Below, one piece after another: positions 53,903 to 64,000 of a stretch of DNA of 64,000 nucleotides (positions are counted from its first letter, which is position 1; every line of letters begins with the position of its first letter). A program made the position numbers and the translations under genes. Location: positions 3,530-67,529 of the forward strand of contig JAPPLW010000004.1 of assembly GCA_028819345.1 (NCBI GenBank), written 5' to 3'. The stretch is from a bacterium (GTDB taxonomy: Bacteria > Actinomycetota > Acidimicrobiia > Spongiisociales > ZC4RG35). The notes under the pieces were generated by a model. The model was not told where the DNA came from, did no database searches, and saw nothing but the letters and a program-made list of their open reading frames with translations.

Positions 53903-55801
53903 TTAGCCAACCGGAGCAGTCATCTTCTCCACTCGCACCGCGGTGGCCTTGAACTCGGCGGTGCCGCTCTTCGGATCCCACGCTTCGATGGTGAGTTGAT
54001 TGATGTCGACTTCCTCAGGGAAGTGAAGGGACATGAAGACCAGCCCGGGCCGCAGGCTCCCGTCCACCCGGGCGGGAACGGTGATGGATCCTCTCCGGGA
54101 CGTGACCCGTACCTCTTCTCCCTCCGAGACCCCCCACTCAGAGCAGTCCTCGGGTGAGATGTCGATGGTGCCGCCGATCCGGATCGGGGACTTCATGGAG
54201 CCGCTCTGGACCCCCGTGTTGTAGGAATCGAGGTGGCGGCCGGTGGTGAGCCGGATGGGATAGTCCTCGGTCAGGCGGTCCACCGGAGGCGCCCACTCCA
54301 CCGGGGTGAAGGGTGCCAGCGGGCCGCCCGGCGGGTCTGCCCACAGGCGGGAATGGAGGAACAGCTCCCCGGGATGGTCCTCGTCGTAGCAGGGCCATTG
54401 CAACCCGTCCTCCTCCAATCGACTGTACGACATGCCCCCGTGCATGGGGGAGAGGCTGCGCATCTCGTCCCAGACCTCCTCGGCGGCCGGGCGACCCCAG
54501 TCATGGCCCATGGCGGTGGCCAGGGAGCAGATGATGTGCGAGTCGGTGCGGGCCTCGCCCGGAGGCCGGAGGGCGGGACGCACCCGCTGCACCCGTCGTT
54601 CGCTGGAAGTGACCGTGCCCTCGGCCTCGCACCAGTCGGCCGCGGCCGGGAACACCACGTCGGCCATCTGGGCGGTCCGGGTCAGGAAGATGTCCTGGAC
54701 CACTATGAAATCCAGTCCCTCCAGGAGGCCGCGGGCCCGGTTGACGTCGGCCTCGGACTCGGCGGGATTCTCTCCGATGACATACAAGCCTCTCAGGTGT
54801 CCCTCTTCCATGGCTTCGAACATCTGGGTGAGGTGAAGTCCCTTGCGAGGCGGGACGGACGCCTGCCATGCCGCTTCGAAACGGCCCCGGATCTCGTCGG
54901 ACTCGACGTCCTGGAAACCGGGGAACTTGTTGGGGATCGCCCCCATGTCGCCGCCCCCCTGCACGTTGTTCTGGCCCCGGAGGGGCACCAGGCCCGACCC
55001 GTAGCGGCCCACGTGTCCGCAGAGCAGGGCCAGGTTGATGAGAGCCAGCACATTGTCGGTGGCGTTGTGATGCTCGGTTATTCCCAGCGTCCAGCACAAC
55101 TGGGCGCGATCGGCCTTTGCGTAGGTATGGGCCAGGGAGCGGATGGCTTCGGCGGGTACGCCGGTGACCTCCTCGCCGCGTTCGAGGGTCCACTCCTCCA
55201 CGCTTTCGGCGTATTCGTCGAAGTTGAGGGTCGCCCGCTCGATGAACTCCCGGTTCTCCAGTCCATTTGCCAGGATCTCGCGGGCCACCGCGTTGGAGAG
55301 GGCGATGTCGGACCCGACGTCGATTCCCAGCCACAGGTCGGCCCATTCCGCGGACTCGCTCCGCCGAGGGTCCACGCAGAACAAGGTGGCGCCGCGGCGG
55401 ACCGCCCGGATGATCCGGTGAAAGAAGATGGGATGTGCGGCCCGGGCGTTCGATCCCCACAGGATCACCACCTCTGCGTCATCCATCTCCTCATAGGAAC
55501 TGGTTCCCCCTCCGGCTCCGAAAACCGTCGCCAGACCGGCGACGCTGGGAGCGTGTCAGGTCCGGTTACAGGAATCTACGTTGTTGGTGCTCAACACCAC
55601 CCGAGCGAACTTCTGTGCCAGATAGTTGGTCTCGTTGGTGGCCTTGGAGCAGGAAAACAGCCCTATAGCCTCTCCGCCGTGAGCATCGCGCACCCCGCCC
55701 AGGCCACGGGCCGCCGCGGCCAGAGCCTCGGCCCAGGTGGCTTGTCGAAGTGCGCCGTTCTGTCGCACCAGCGGATGGGTCAGCCGGGTCTTTCTTCCCA
55801 T
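53903..55801 (-). CDS. fdhA: formate dehydrogenase catalytic (Mo/W-bisPGD) subunit, selenocysteine-containing, lacking the N-terminal FS0 cluster domain
   Basis: Joins track ORFs 55556..55852 and 53903..55486 through the in-frame TGA 55558..55556: ...STNNVDSCNRT-U-HAPSVAGLATVFGAGGGTSSYEEMDDAEVVILWGSNA..., which parallels the FdhF NNVDCCARV-U-HGPSVAGL site. ATG 55801 lies 6 nt after AAGGAGAG. The C-terminal molybdopterin dinucleotide-binding domain is present. Confidence 0.8.
55515..55558 (-). other. UGA selenocysteine codon plus downstream SECIS-like stem-loop
   Basis: The mRNA reads UGA CAC GCUCC cag CGUCGCC GGUCU GGCGACG guuuuc GGAGC. There is a 7-bp upper stem (55544..55538 / 55532..55526), a GGUCU apical loop and a 5-bp lower stem (55552..55548 / 55519..55515), starting 14 nt after the UGA. 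Confidence 0.65.
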
Positions 55802-55918
55802 TCTTGACTCTCCTTGACTTGAAGGGGCTGGTCCGGCCCCATGGGGGAGCATTTTAGCAATCTGTAAAGAGGGGGCTCACCGTTCGACGCGGAGAATCGA
55901 GCGGCCGCCGGGCCGATC

Positions 55919-57685
55919 TCAGAACAGGCCCACCACCTTACCGGACGAGTCGAGATCCACATTGAGATAGGCCGGCGCTGACGAGAGGCCGGGCATGGTG
56001 CGCACCGCGCCGACCAACGGATAGATGAACCCGGCTCCCACCGAGGCGCGCACTTCCCGGATGGGCAGCGTGTATCCCCGCGGCGCCCCCCTGAGACTGG
56101 GGTCATGGCTGATCGAGAGGTGGGTTTTGGCCATGCAGATCGGCAGGTCACCGAACCCGGCCTGCTCGTACTGGGCGAGTTGACGGTTGGCCAGGGCGGT
56201 GTACGAGACATCCGCCGCGCCGTAGACCTTCCGGGCGATGGTCGAGATCTTCTCCTTGAGGGACAGTTCATCGGGGTAGAGCAGGGAGAAGTCGCCCGGT
56301 AGGGTGCAGGCGTCCTCGACCGCCTCGGCCATCTCCAGGGCGCCCTGGCCTCCGTTGGCCCAGTGGGTGGTGGCGGCGACGGCATGGGCTCCGGCCTCGG
56401 AGGCCGCCGCCCGGAGGTATTCGATCTCCCGCTCGGTGTCGGTGGGAAACACGTTCACCGCCACCACGGCCGGCACCCCGAACTGCTTCACGTTGTTGAG
56501 GTGGGCCTGGAGGTTTGCCACGCCTTCTCCCAGCAACTCCAGGTTCTCCTCGACGTAGGCTCTGGGCAGGGGCCGCCCCGGTCTCACCGGCGGGCCTCCT
56601 CCCTGGGCTTTGAGGGCTCGGATGGTGGTGGTCAGCACCACGCAGTCCGGGACCAGCCCCGAGGTCCGGCATTTTATGTTGAAGAACTTCTCCATTCCCA
56701 TGTCGGCGCCGAACCCCGACTCGGTGACCACGTAGTCGGACAGTTGGAGGGCCACCCGGTCGGCCAGCACCGAAGAATTTCCGTGGGCGATGTTGGCGAA
56801 GGGCCCGGCGTGCACGAAGACCCCCTGTCCCTCCAGGGTCTGCATCAGGGTCGGATGAAGAGCGTCCTTCATCAGCACTGTCACCGCTCCCGCCACCCCC
56901 AGGTCCTCAAGGGTGAGCGGATCCCCACCCTTGGACGTGCCGAACACGATCTTCCCGCAACGCTCCCTCAGGTTGCGGAGAGCGGAGGCGTAGTCCTGTC
57001 CGTCCACCAGCGCCAGGATGGCCATGATCTCGCTCGCTACCGTGATGTCATAGCCGGTTTCCCGCGGCAGCCCGTCGGCCCGGCCTCCCAGTCCCAGCAC
57101 GATGCTGCGAAGGGCCCGGTCGTTCACGTCGACGACCCGCCGCCACAGGATGCGGTGCTGGTCGATATTCAGACGCTTCAGTCCCCTCTCCGCCAGTTTC
57201 GCGTCGCTGAGCCTCTCCTCGAAGTACCAGCGGGCGTCGATGGCGGCGGCCGCCAGGTTGTGGGCCACCCCGATGGCGTGCAGGTCACCGGTCAGGTGAA
57301 GGTTGAACTCCTCCATGGGGATCACCTGGCTGTAGCCACCTCCCGCTGCACCTCCCTTGATGCCGAAGGTGGGACCCATGCTGGGCTGGCGAATGCAGGC
57401 CATCACGTCTCGACCCCGGGCTCCCAGGCCCTGGGTCAGGCCGATGGTGGTGGTGGTCTTCCCCTCCCCGAGGGGAGTCGGAGTGATGGCGGTCACGTCC
57501 ACGTAGCGGCCCCGCGGGCGGTTGCGAACCCGCTTCAGGATGTCGAGGTGCACCTTGGCCTTGTCGTGCCCGTAGGGGATCAGCTCTTCGGTTCTGATTC
57601 CCACCCGGTCGGCTATGTCGGTGATGGGAATTACCTGGGCGGCTTGGGCGATGTCCAGGTCGGAGGGGATGGGGGACGAGTTCAA
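55919..57685 (-). CDS. fhs: formate--tetrahydrofolate ligase
   Basis: PTPLGEGKTTTTIGL, EFNLHLTGD.HA, and the C-terminal MAKT.LS.S and G.I.TMPGL patterns at 588 aa are classic FTHFS. Confidence 0.95.
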   Translation of the reverse strand: MNSSPIPSDLDIAQAAQVIPITDIADRVGIRTEELIPYGHDKAKVHLDILKRVRNRPRGRYVDVTAITPTPLGEGKTTTTIGLTQGLGARGRDVMACIRQPSMGPTFGIKGGAAGGGYSQVIPMEEFNLHLTGDLHAIGVAHNLAAAAIDARWYFEERLSDAKLAERGLKRLNIDQHRILWRRVVDVNDRALRSIVLGLGGRADGLPRETGYDITVASEIMAILALVDGQDYASALRNLRERCGKIVFGTSKGGDPLTLEDLGVAGAVTVLMKDALHPTLMQTLEGQGVFVHAGPFANIAHGNSSVLADRVALQLSDYVVTESGFGADMGMEKFFNIKCRTSGLVPDCVVLTTTIRALKAQGGGPPVRPGRPLPRAYVEENLELLGEGVANLQAHLNNVKQFGVPAVVAVNVFPTDTEREIEYLRAAASEAGAHAVAATTHWANGGQGALEMAEAVEDACTLPGDFSLLYPDELSLKEKISTIARKVYGAADVSYTALANRQLAQYEQAGFGDLPICMAKTHLSISHDPSLRGAPRGYTLPIREVRASVGAGFIYPLVGAVRTMPGLSSAPAYLNVDLDSSGKVVGLF

Positions 57686-57945
57686 GGGGCGCCTCCTGGG
57701 CTCGGGGGATTCGGTATCGCAAGTGACACCGCCGCATCGGTTTTACATAATGTTAACCCATTGGCAGGGTGTTTGGCATTCCGACGGCCCTCTTTCTGGA
57801 AGCGGGGTTGTGGAAAGGCCGCGCCGCCGACGGCGTCGGCGACCGGATTCCGGGGTGGGGAGGAAGGGTTTTGTTATGGGGGTGGGCGTTTCTAATCTTT
57901 CACATAGGCCGTGGCAGCGCTCTATTTCCTGGTGACAACCCTCTG

Positions 57946-59061
57946 ATGGACTGGGTGGATCTGTTATTGGTGGCTGCCCGCGTGGTGGGGGTGTTCGCCC
58001 TGCTGGTGGTGCTCACCATCGTCAACATCTGGTTGGAGCGCAAGGTCGTGGCGGACATGCAGAACCGCGTGGGGCCGGCCCGGGCGGGGCCATGGGGGAT
58101 ACTCCAGACCCTCGCCGACGGGGTGAAGTTGTTCTTCAAGGAGCAGGTGACGCCGCGGAAGGTGGACCTGGGCGCCTACCTGCTGGCGCCTTTCCTGGCG
58201 GTGGTCCCGGCCTTCTTGATCTTCATGATGGTTCCCCTCGGTCCGGGCCTCGAGATCGCGGGTCGCCAGGTGCCGCTTCAGGGAGCGGACCTGAACATCG
58301 GGATCCTGTTCATCCTGGCGATGTCGTCGATGGCCGTGTACGCGGTGGTGCTGGCCGGGTGGTCGTCGGGGTCCAAGTACCCGTTGCTGGGAGGCGTGCG
58401 GGCCACCGCGCAGGCCATCTCCTACGAGGCGGCCATGGGTCTGGCGATGGTGGCGGTCGTGATGTTCTCCGCCACCGCTCCCGGGGCCGAGAGCGGGACC
58501 CTCTCCCTCGCCGAGATCGTGGAGCGCCAGTCGGGGACCTGGTCGGGGACGGTTGCCTTCCTCGACCCGGTGGTGAGCTTCATTCCCCGTTGGTATGTCT
58601 TCCCCCAGGTGGTGGCGTTCGTGATCTTTTTCCTGGCGGCGGTGGCGGAGACCAACCGGGCGCCGTTCGACCTGGTGGAGGCGGAGCAGGAGTTGGTGGG
58701 CGGATTCCACACCGAGTACTCGGGAATCCGCTTCGCCATGTTCTTTCTGGCCGAGTACATCAACATCCTCTCCATGTGCGCCATCGCCGCCACGCTCTTC
58801 TTTGGCGGGTGGAACGGCCCGACCTGGGAAGGAGTCGTCCCCGGGTGGGTTTCGGCCATCCTGCCCGTGGTGTGGCTGATGTTGAAGAGCTATGTGCTGG
58901 TGGTTGCGTTCTTCTGGATCAGGGCCACGCTCCCGCGGTTGCGCTACGACCAGTTGATGACCCTGGGGTGGAAGCGGTTGATACCGGCCTCGATGCTGTG
59001 GCTGGTGATCTCCACCGTGGTGATCGGGTTCCGCCAGTTCGGGCTTCCCTTTATAGGGTGA
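57946..59061 (+). CDS. nuoH: NADH-quinone oxidoreductase subunit H
   Basis: ORF 57769..59061; ATG 57946. ERKVVADMQNRVGPARAGPWGILQTLADGVKLFFKE, ETNRAPFDLVEAEQELVGGFHTEYSG and LPRLRYDQLM are present. Confidence 0.9.
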   Translation: MDWVDLLLVAARVVGVFALLVVLTIVNIWLERKVVADMQNRVGPARAGPWGILQTLADGVKLFFKEQVTPRKVDLGAYLLAPFLAVVPAFLIFMMVPLGPGLEIAGRQVPLQGADLNIGILFILAMSSMAVYAVVLAGWSSGSKYPLLGGVRATAQAISYEAAMGLAMVAVVMFSATAPGAESGTLSLAEIVERQSGTWSGTVAFLDPVVSFIPRWYVFPQVVAFVIFFLAAVAETNRAPFDLVEAEQELVGGFHTEYSGIRFAMFFLAEYINILSMCAIAATLFFGGWNGPTWEGVVPGWVSAILPVVWLMLKSYVLVVAFFWIRATLPRLRYDQLMTLGWKRLIPASMLWLVISTVVIGFRQFGLPFIG

Positions 59062-59069
59062 GGTGAGAA

Positions 59070-59708
59070 ATGGGAATACTGAGAGAATTCTGGAAGGGCT
59101 TCAAGGTAACCGGCTCGATAGGGCTGCGAGGTTTCTTCGGCAAAGACATCGTCACCACCCGGTACCCCTCGGAGATGCGGGAGAAGCCCACCCGGTTCCA
59201 TGGTCGCCACGTCCTTAACCGCTATCCCGACGGAATGGAGAAGTGCATCGGATGCGAACTTTGCGCGGGGGCCTGCCCGGCTCGATGCATCTACGTGCGG
59301 GGGGCGGACAACCCGCCCGATGACCCCCGGAGTCCGGGAGAGCGCTTCGGGTACGTGTATGAGATCAACATGCTGCGCTGCATCTTCTGCGGGCTGTGCG
59401 TGGAGGCCTGTCCGACGGAGGCCATCACCATGACCCACCTCTTCGAGATGTCGGTGACCAACCGCAACGACGCCATCCACACCAGGAAGGAACTGTTGAT
59501 GGCGGAGGACGGGTCGGTTCCCCACATCTACCCCGAGGACCCGTTCGCCGACCTCTCCGAACTGGACGCCGCCGACGGCTGGCTGCGGGCCACTTCTCCC
59601 AGCGGCGTAGCGGCCTACGAGGGGGAGACCATGTGGCAGGCCACCCCCGGCCCGGCCTCCTGGACGCCCGAGCCCGATCAGGAGACCAGGGACTCCCAGC
59701 ATGGTTGA
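59070..59708 (+). CDS. nuoI: NADH-quinone oxidoreductase subunit I (2x[4Fe-4S]) with C-terminal extension
   Basis: CIGCELCAGACPARCI and CIFCGLCVEACPTEAI, followed by a ~70-aa tail. Confidence 0.9.
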   Translation: MGILREFWKGFKVTGSIGLRGFFGKDIVTTRYPSEMREKPTRFHGRHVLNRYPDGMEKCIGCELCAGACPARCIYVRGADNPPDDPRSPGERFGYVYEINMLRCIFCGLCVEACPTEAITMTHLFEMSVTNRNDAIHTRKELLMAEDGSVPHIYPEDPFADLSELDAADGWLRATSPSGVAAYEGETMWQATPGPASWTPEPDQETRDSQHG

Positions 59709-60234
59709 ACTGGTGATCTTCGTGCTGATGGGGGCGGGGACATTGGCCGGCGGGGTGACGGTGGTCCTGGCCCGCAACCCGGTCCGCTCCGCGTTGGGTC
59801 TCCTGGGAGCCTTGGTCTCCCTGGCTGTCATATACGTGGTCAACCTGGCCCACCTGGTGGCTGCCGTGCAGGTGGTGGTTTATGCGGGAGCGGTGTTGAC
59901 TCTGTTCCTGTTCGTGATCATGTTCATCGGCGTGGACCGCGCCGAGGACACTTCCGAGACCATCCCCCTCCAGCGCAAACTGGTGGCCGGGCTCGCCACC
60001 GTGGTGGCCCTGGGAGCGGCGGTCCTGGTGTCGAGGGGCCGGTTCACCTGGACCCCCGCTTCGGGGGAGGCGGCCGAGATCCCCAACGGCACGGTTCAGG
60101 CTCTGGGAGGAGAGCTCTTCACCACCTGGGTGCTGGGAGTTGAGGTGACCGCTCTGTTGCTGACCATCGCCGCGGTGGGGGCGATCGCCCTGGCTTTCCA
60201 CCGACGGTCCGCCGAGTCGCCGACGGAGGACTGA
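59701..60234 (+). CDS. nuoJ: NADH-quinone oxidoreductase subunit J
   Basis: Five hydrophobic helices. [10 protein letters not shown] and [16 protein letters not shown] are typical NuoJ. Position between nuoI and nuoK. Confidence 0.85.
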   Translation: MVELVIFVLMGAGTLAGGVTVVLARNPVRSALGLLGALVSLAVIYVVNLAHLVAAVQVVVYAGAVLTLFLFVIMFIGVDRAEDTSETIPLQRKLVAGLATVVALGAAVLVSRGRFTWTPASGEAAEIPNGTVQALGGELFTTWVLGVEVTALLLTIAAVGAIALAFHRRSAESPTED

Positions 60235-60538
60235 TGCCCGTCGTAACCCCGGGCTGGTACATGACGCTGGCGGCCGTCCTGTTCGTCCTGGGGATGACCG
60301 GGGTCCTGATCAGACGGAACGCCCTGGTGATGTTCATGTGCGTGGAGTTGATGCTCAATGCGGTCAACCTGACCTTCGTGGCCGCCGGCCGGGCGGCGGG
60401 AGTGCTGGACGGGCAGGTGGCGGTGTTCTTCGTGCTGGTGGTGGCGGCCGCCGAGGTGGTGGTGGGCCTGGCCATCATCGTCGCCATATTCAGGAGGCGG
60501 GAGACCGCCTCCGTCGACGAGTTGGCGGCGCTCCGGGG

Positions 60539-60542
<4 letters not shown>
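60234..60542 (+). CDS. nuoK: NADH-quinone oxidoreductase subunit K
   Basis: 102 aa with [31 protein letters not shown] and [11 protein letters not shown]. Confidence 0.9.
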
Positions 60543-62440
<1,898 letters not shown>

Positions 62441-62450
62441 GTCGCCGGCC

Positions 62451-63995
62451 ATGCTGACCCTGCTGGTTCTCACGCCCCTCCTGGGGGCGGTGGTGGTCTC
62501 CCTGGTCCCGGCCCGTCGTCGGGAACTGCACCTGCCGCTGGGCATAGCCCTGTCCGTGGCGCCCCTGGGGCTGGCGGGAGCGATGTTTTTCTCCTTCGAC
62601 GCGGGGGAGGCTTCCTTCCAGATGGTCGAGAAGGTGGTGTGGTGGGAACCGTGGGGGGTGTCCTGGCAACTGGGCGTGGACGGGATCTCGCTGGGGATGG
62701 TGGCTCTCACGGCCATCCTGTTCCCCCTCAGCCTGGCGGTCTCCGACTCCATCTCCCACCGGCGCAAGGCATTCGTGGTGGCCATGCTCTTTCTGGAGAC
62801 GGGCCTGATCGGCACCTTCCTCGCCCTGGACCTGCTGCTGTTCTTCGTGTTCTTCGAGGTGATCCTGGTCCCCATGTACCTGATAATCGGTGTGTGGGGA
62901 GGCAAGCGCCGGGTTTACGCGGCCGTGAAGTTCTTCATCTACACCGCGTTCGGTTCGGCGCTGCTGCTGGCGGCGATCATCGCCCTGGCTGTCATGCATG
63001 CCTCCCAGGCCCCCGACGGCCTGCTCAGCTTTGACTACCTGGCTTTGCTGGCTCTGGACATCTCTCCGACCGCCCAGATGTGGCTGTTCGGAGCATTCGC
63101 CCTGGCCTTCGCCATCAAGGTGCCCCTGTTTCCCTTCCACACCTGGCTTCCCGACGCCCATGTGGAAGCGCCCACGGCCGGGTCGGTGCTCCTGGCGGGA
63201 GTCCTCCTGAAGCTCGGAACATACGGGTTGCTCCGGTTCAACCTCACGCTCTTTCCCGAGGCCACGGTCTCCCTGGTGCCGGTCCTGGCGGTCCTGGCCG
63301 TGGTGGGAATCATCTACGGGGCGGTGGTGGCCATCGTCCAGCCCGACCTGAAGAAGTTGGTCGCCTATTCGTCGGTCAGCCACCTGGGGTTCGTGGTGCT
63401 GGGGATTTTCGCCCTCACTTCAGCCGGACTCCAGGGCGCGGTTATTCAGAACGTCAACCACGGGCTCACCACCGGCGCGCTGTTCCTCCTCGTCGGGATG
63501 CTGTATGACCGGCGTCACACCAAACAGATCAGCGACTTCGGGGGCCTGGCCACACCGGCTCCCCTCATGGCCGGGTTCTTCCTGTTCATGGCCTTCGCCT
63601 CCATCGGCCTGCCCGGTCTCAACGGGTTCGTGGGGGAATTCCTGGTGTTGGTGGGTAGCTTCCCCTCTCTTCCGGGCCTGACGGTGGTGGCGGCGTTCGG
63701 CGTCGTGCTGGCCGCCATATACATGTTGTGGGCCTACCAGCGGGTGTTCACGGGACCGCTGAAGGGAGCCGAGAACCGGAAACTCACCGACCTCTCGGCC
63801 AAGGAGACGGCGGTGATGGCGCCCCTGGCGGCCTTGGTCTTGCTGCTTGGCCTGTATCCGGGCATCCTCCTGGAGCGGACCGCTCCATCCGTGGAGGCGA
63901 TTCTCGACCGCATCGAGCAGTACACCGACTATGAGGCGCCCGATCCGGGAAGATTGGCGGACGTTTTCAACACCGCCTCGGAGGATGAATCGTGA
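62451..63995 (+). CDS. nuoM: NADH-quinone oxidoreductase subunit M
   Basis: FFEVILVPMYLIIGVWGG, KVPLFPFHTWLPDAHVEAPTAGSVLLAGVLLKLGTYG and KKLVAYSSVSHLGF are present. Confidence 0.9.
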   Translation: MLTLLVLTPLLGAVVVSLVPARRRELHLPLGIALSVAPLGLAGAMFFSFDAGEASFQMVEKVVWWEPWGVSWQLGVDGISLGMVALTAILFPLSLAVSDSISHRRKAFVVAMLFLETGLIGTFLALDLLLFFVFFEVILVPMYLIIGVWGGKRRVYAAVKFFIYTAFGSALLLAAIIALAVMHASQAPDGLLSFDYLALLALDISPTAQMWLFGAFALAFAIKVPLFPFHTWLPDAHVEAPTAGSVLLAGVLLKLGTYGLLRFNLTLFPEATVSLVPVLAVLAVVGIIYGAVVAIVQPDLKKLVAYSSVSHLGFVVLGIFALTSAGLQGAVIQNVNHGLTTGALFLLVGMLYDRRHTKQISDFGGLATPAPLMAGFFLFMAFASIGLPGLNGFVGEFLVLVGSFPSLPGLTVVAAFGVVLAAIYMLWAYQRVFTGPLKGAENRKLTDLSAKETAVMAPLAALVLLLGLYPGILLERTAPSVEAILDRIEQYTDYEAPDPGRLADVFNTASEDES

Positions 63996-64000
63996 TCCCC
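63992..64000 (+). CDS. nuoN: probable start of nuoN (only 9 nt visible)
   Basis: GTG at 63992 overlaps the nuoM stop (GTGA), and nuoN is the expected next gene. No sequence is available to confirm it. Confidence 0.3.

Noticed and set aside
55486-55852. Reading the break between ORFs 53903..55486 and 55556..55852 as a pseudogene or two separate genes
   Set aside because: The stop is a TGA at the exact Sec position of FdhF-type enzymes. The flanking sequence is continuous and conserved, and a SECIS-like hairpin follows. Selenocysteine recoding is the better explanation.

Overview
GC-rich (about two-thirds G+C by eye, not computed), densely coding bacterial chromosome segment. It looks Actinomycetota-like: F420-related genes (LLM oxidoreductase, cofC/fbiD), Ku, an LCP protein, an R/G-rich insert in Rho, and the lysA / hom-thrC-rho-rpmE-prfA-prmC-tsaC neighbourhood. 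I call about 60 CDS and see no rRNA, tRNA, CRISPR array, transposase or integrase. There are three blocks. (1) 0-9 kb is mixed housekeeping: crotonase, 5'-3' exonuclease, rhodanese, Mo-oxidoreductase, tag, ornithine cyclodeaminase, YbdK ligase. (2) 9-26 kb is an accessory-looking nitrogen-heterocycle/amide catabolic island with no regulator gene. It holds an NMT1/ThiY-type ABC importer whose binding protein is an internal tandem duplication, CodA-like and Atz/Trz-like amidohydrolases, a RibD-C reductase, an M24 protein with substituted metal ligands, a hydantoinase, a DpaA-like dehydrogenase, an FNR fusion, and a 4-OT / isochorismatase-VOC / enolase-superfamily / opine-dehydrogenase operon. 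(3) 26-64 kb holds a divergent orphan purL, cell-envelope and F420 genes, the thr/rho/prfA block, Ku, a zur-znuCB locus with a perfect Zur box, then fhs plus an NAD-type formate dehydrogenase facing nuoHIJKLM(N). The most unusual feature is the formate dehydrogenase. Its catalytic subunit carries an in-frame UGA with a SECIS-like hairpin (selenocysteine). The ancestral alpha-subunit gene also appears split at a domain boundary and permuted around the NuoE/F-like gene. All functional calls come from reading the translations by eye against remembered family motifs; no database search was run.
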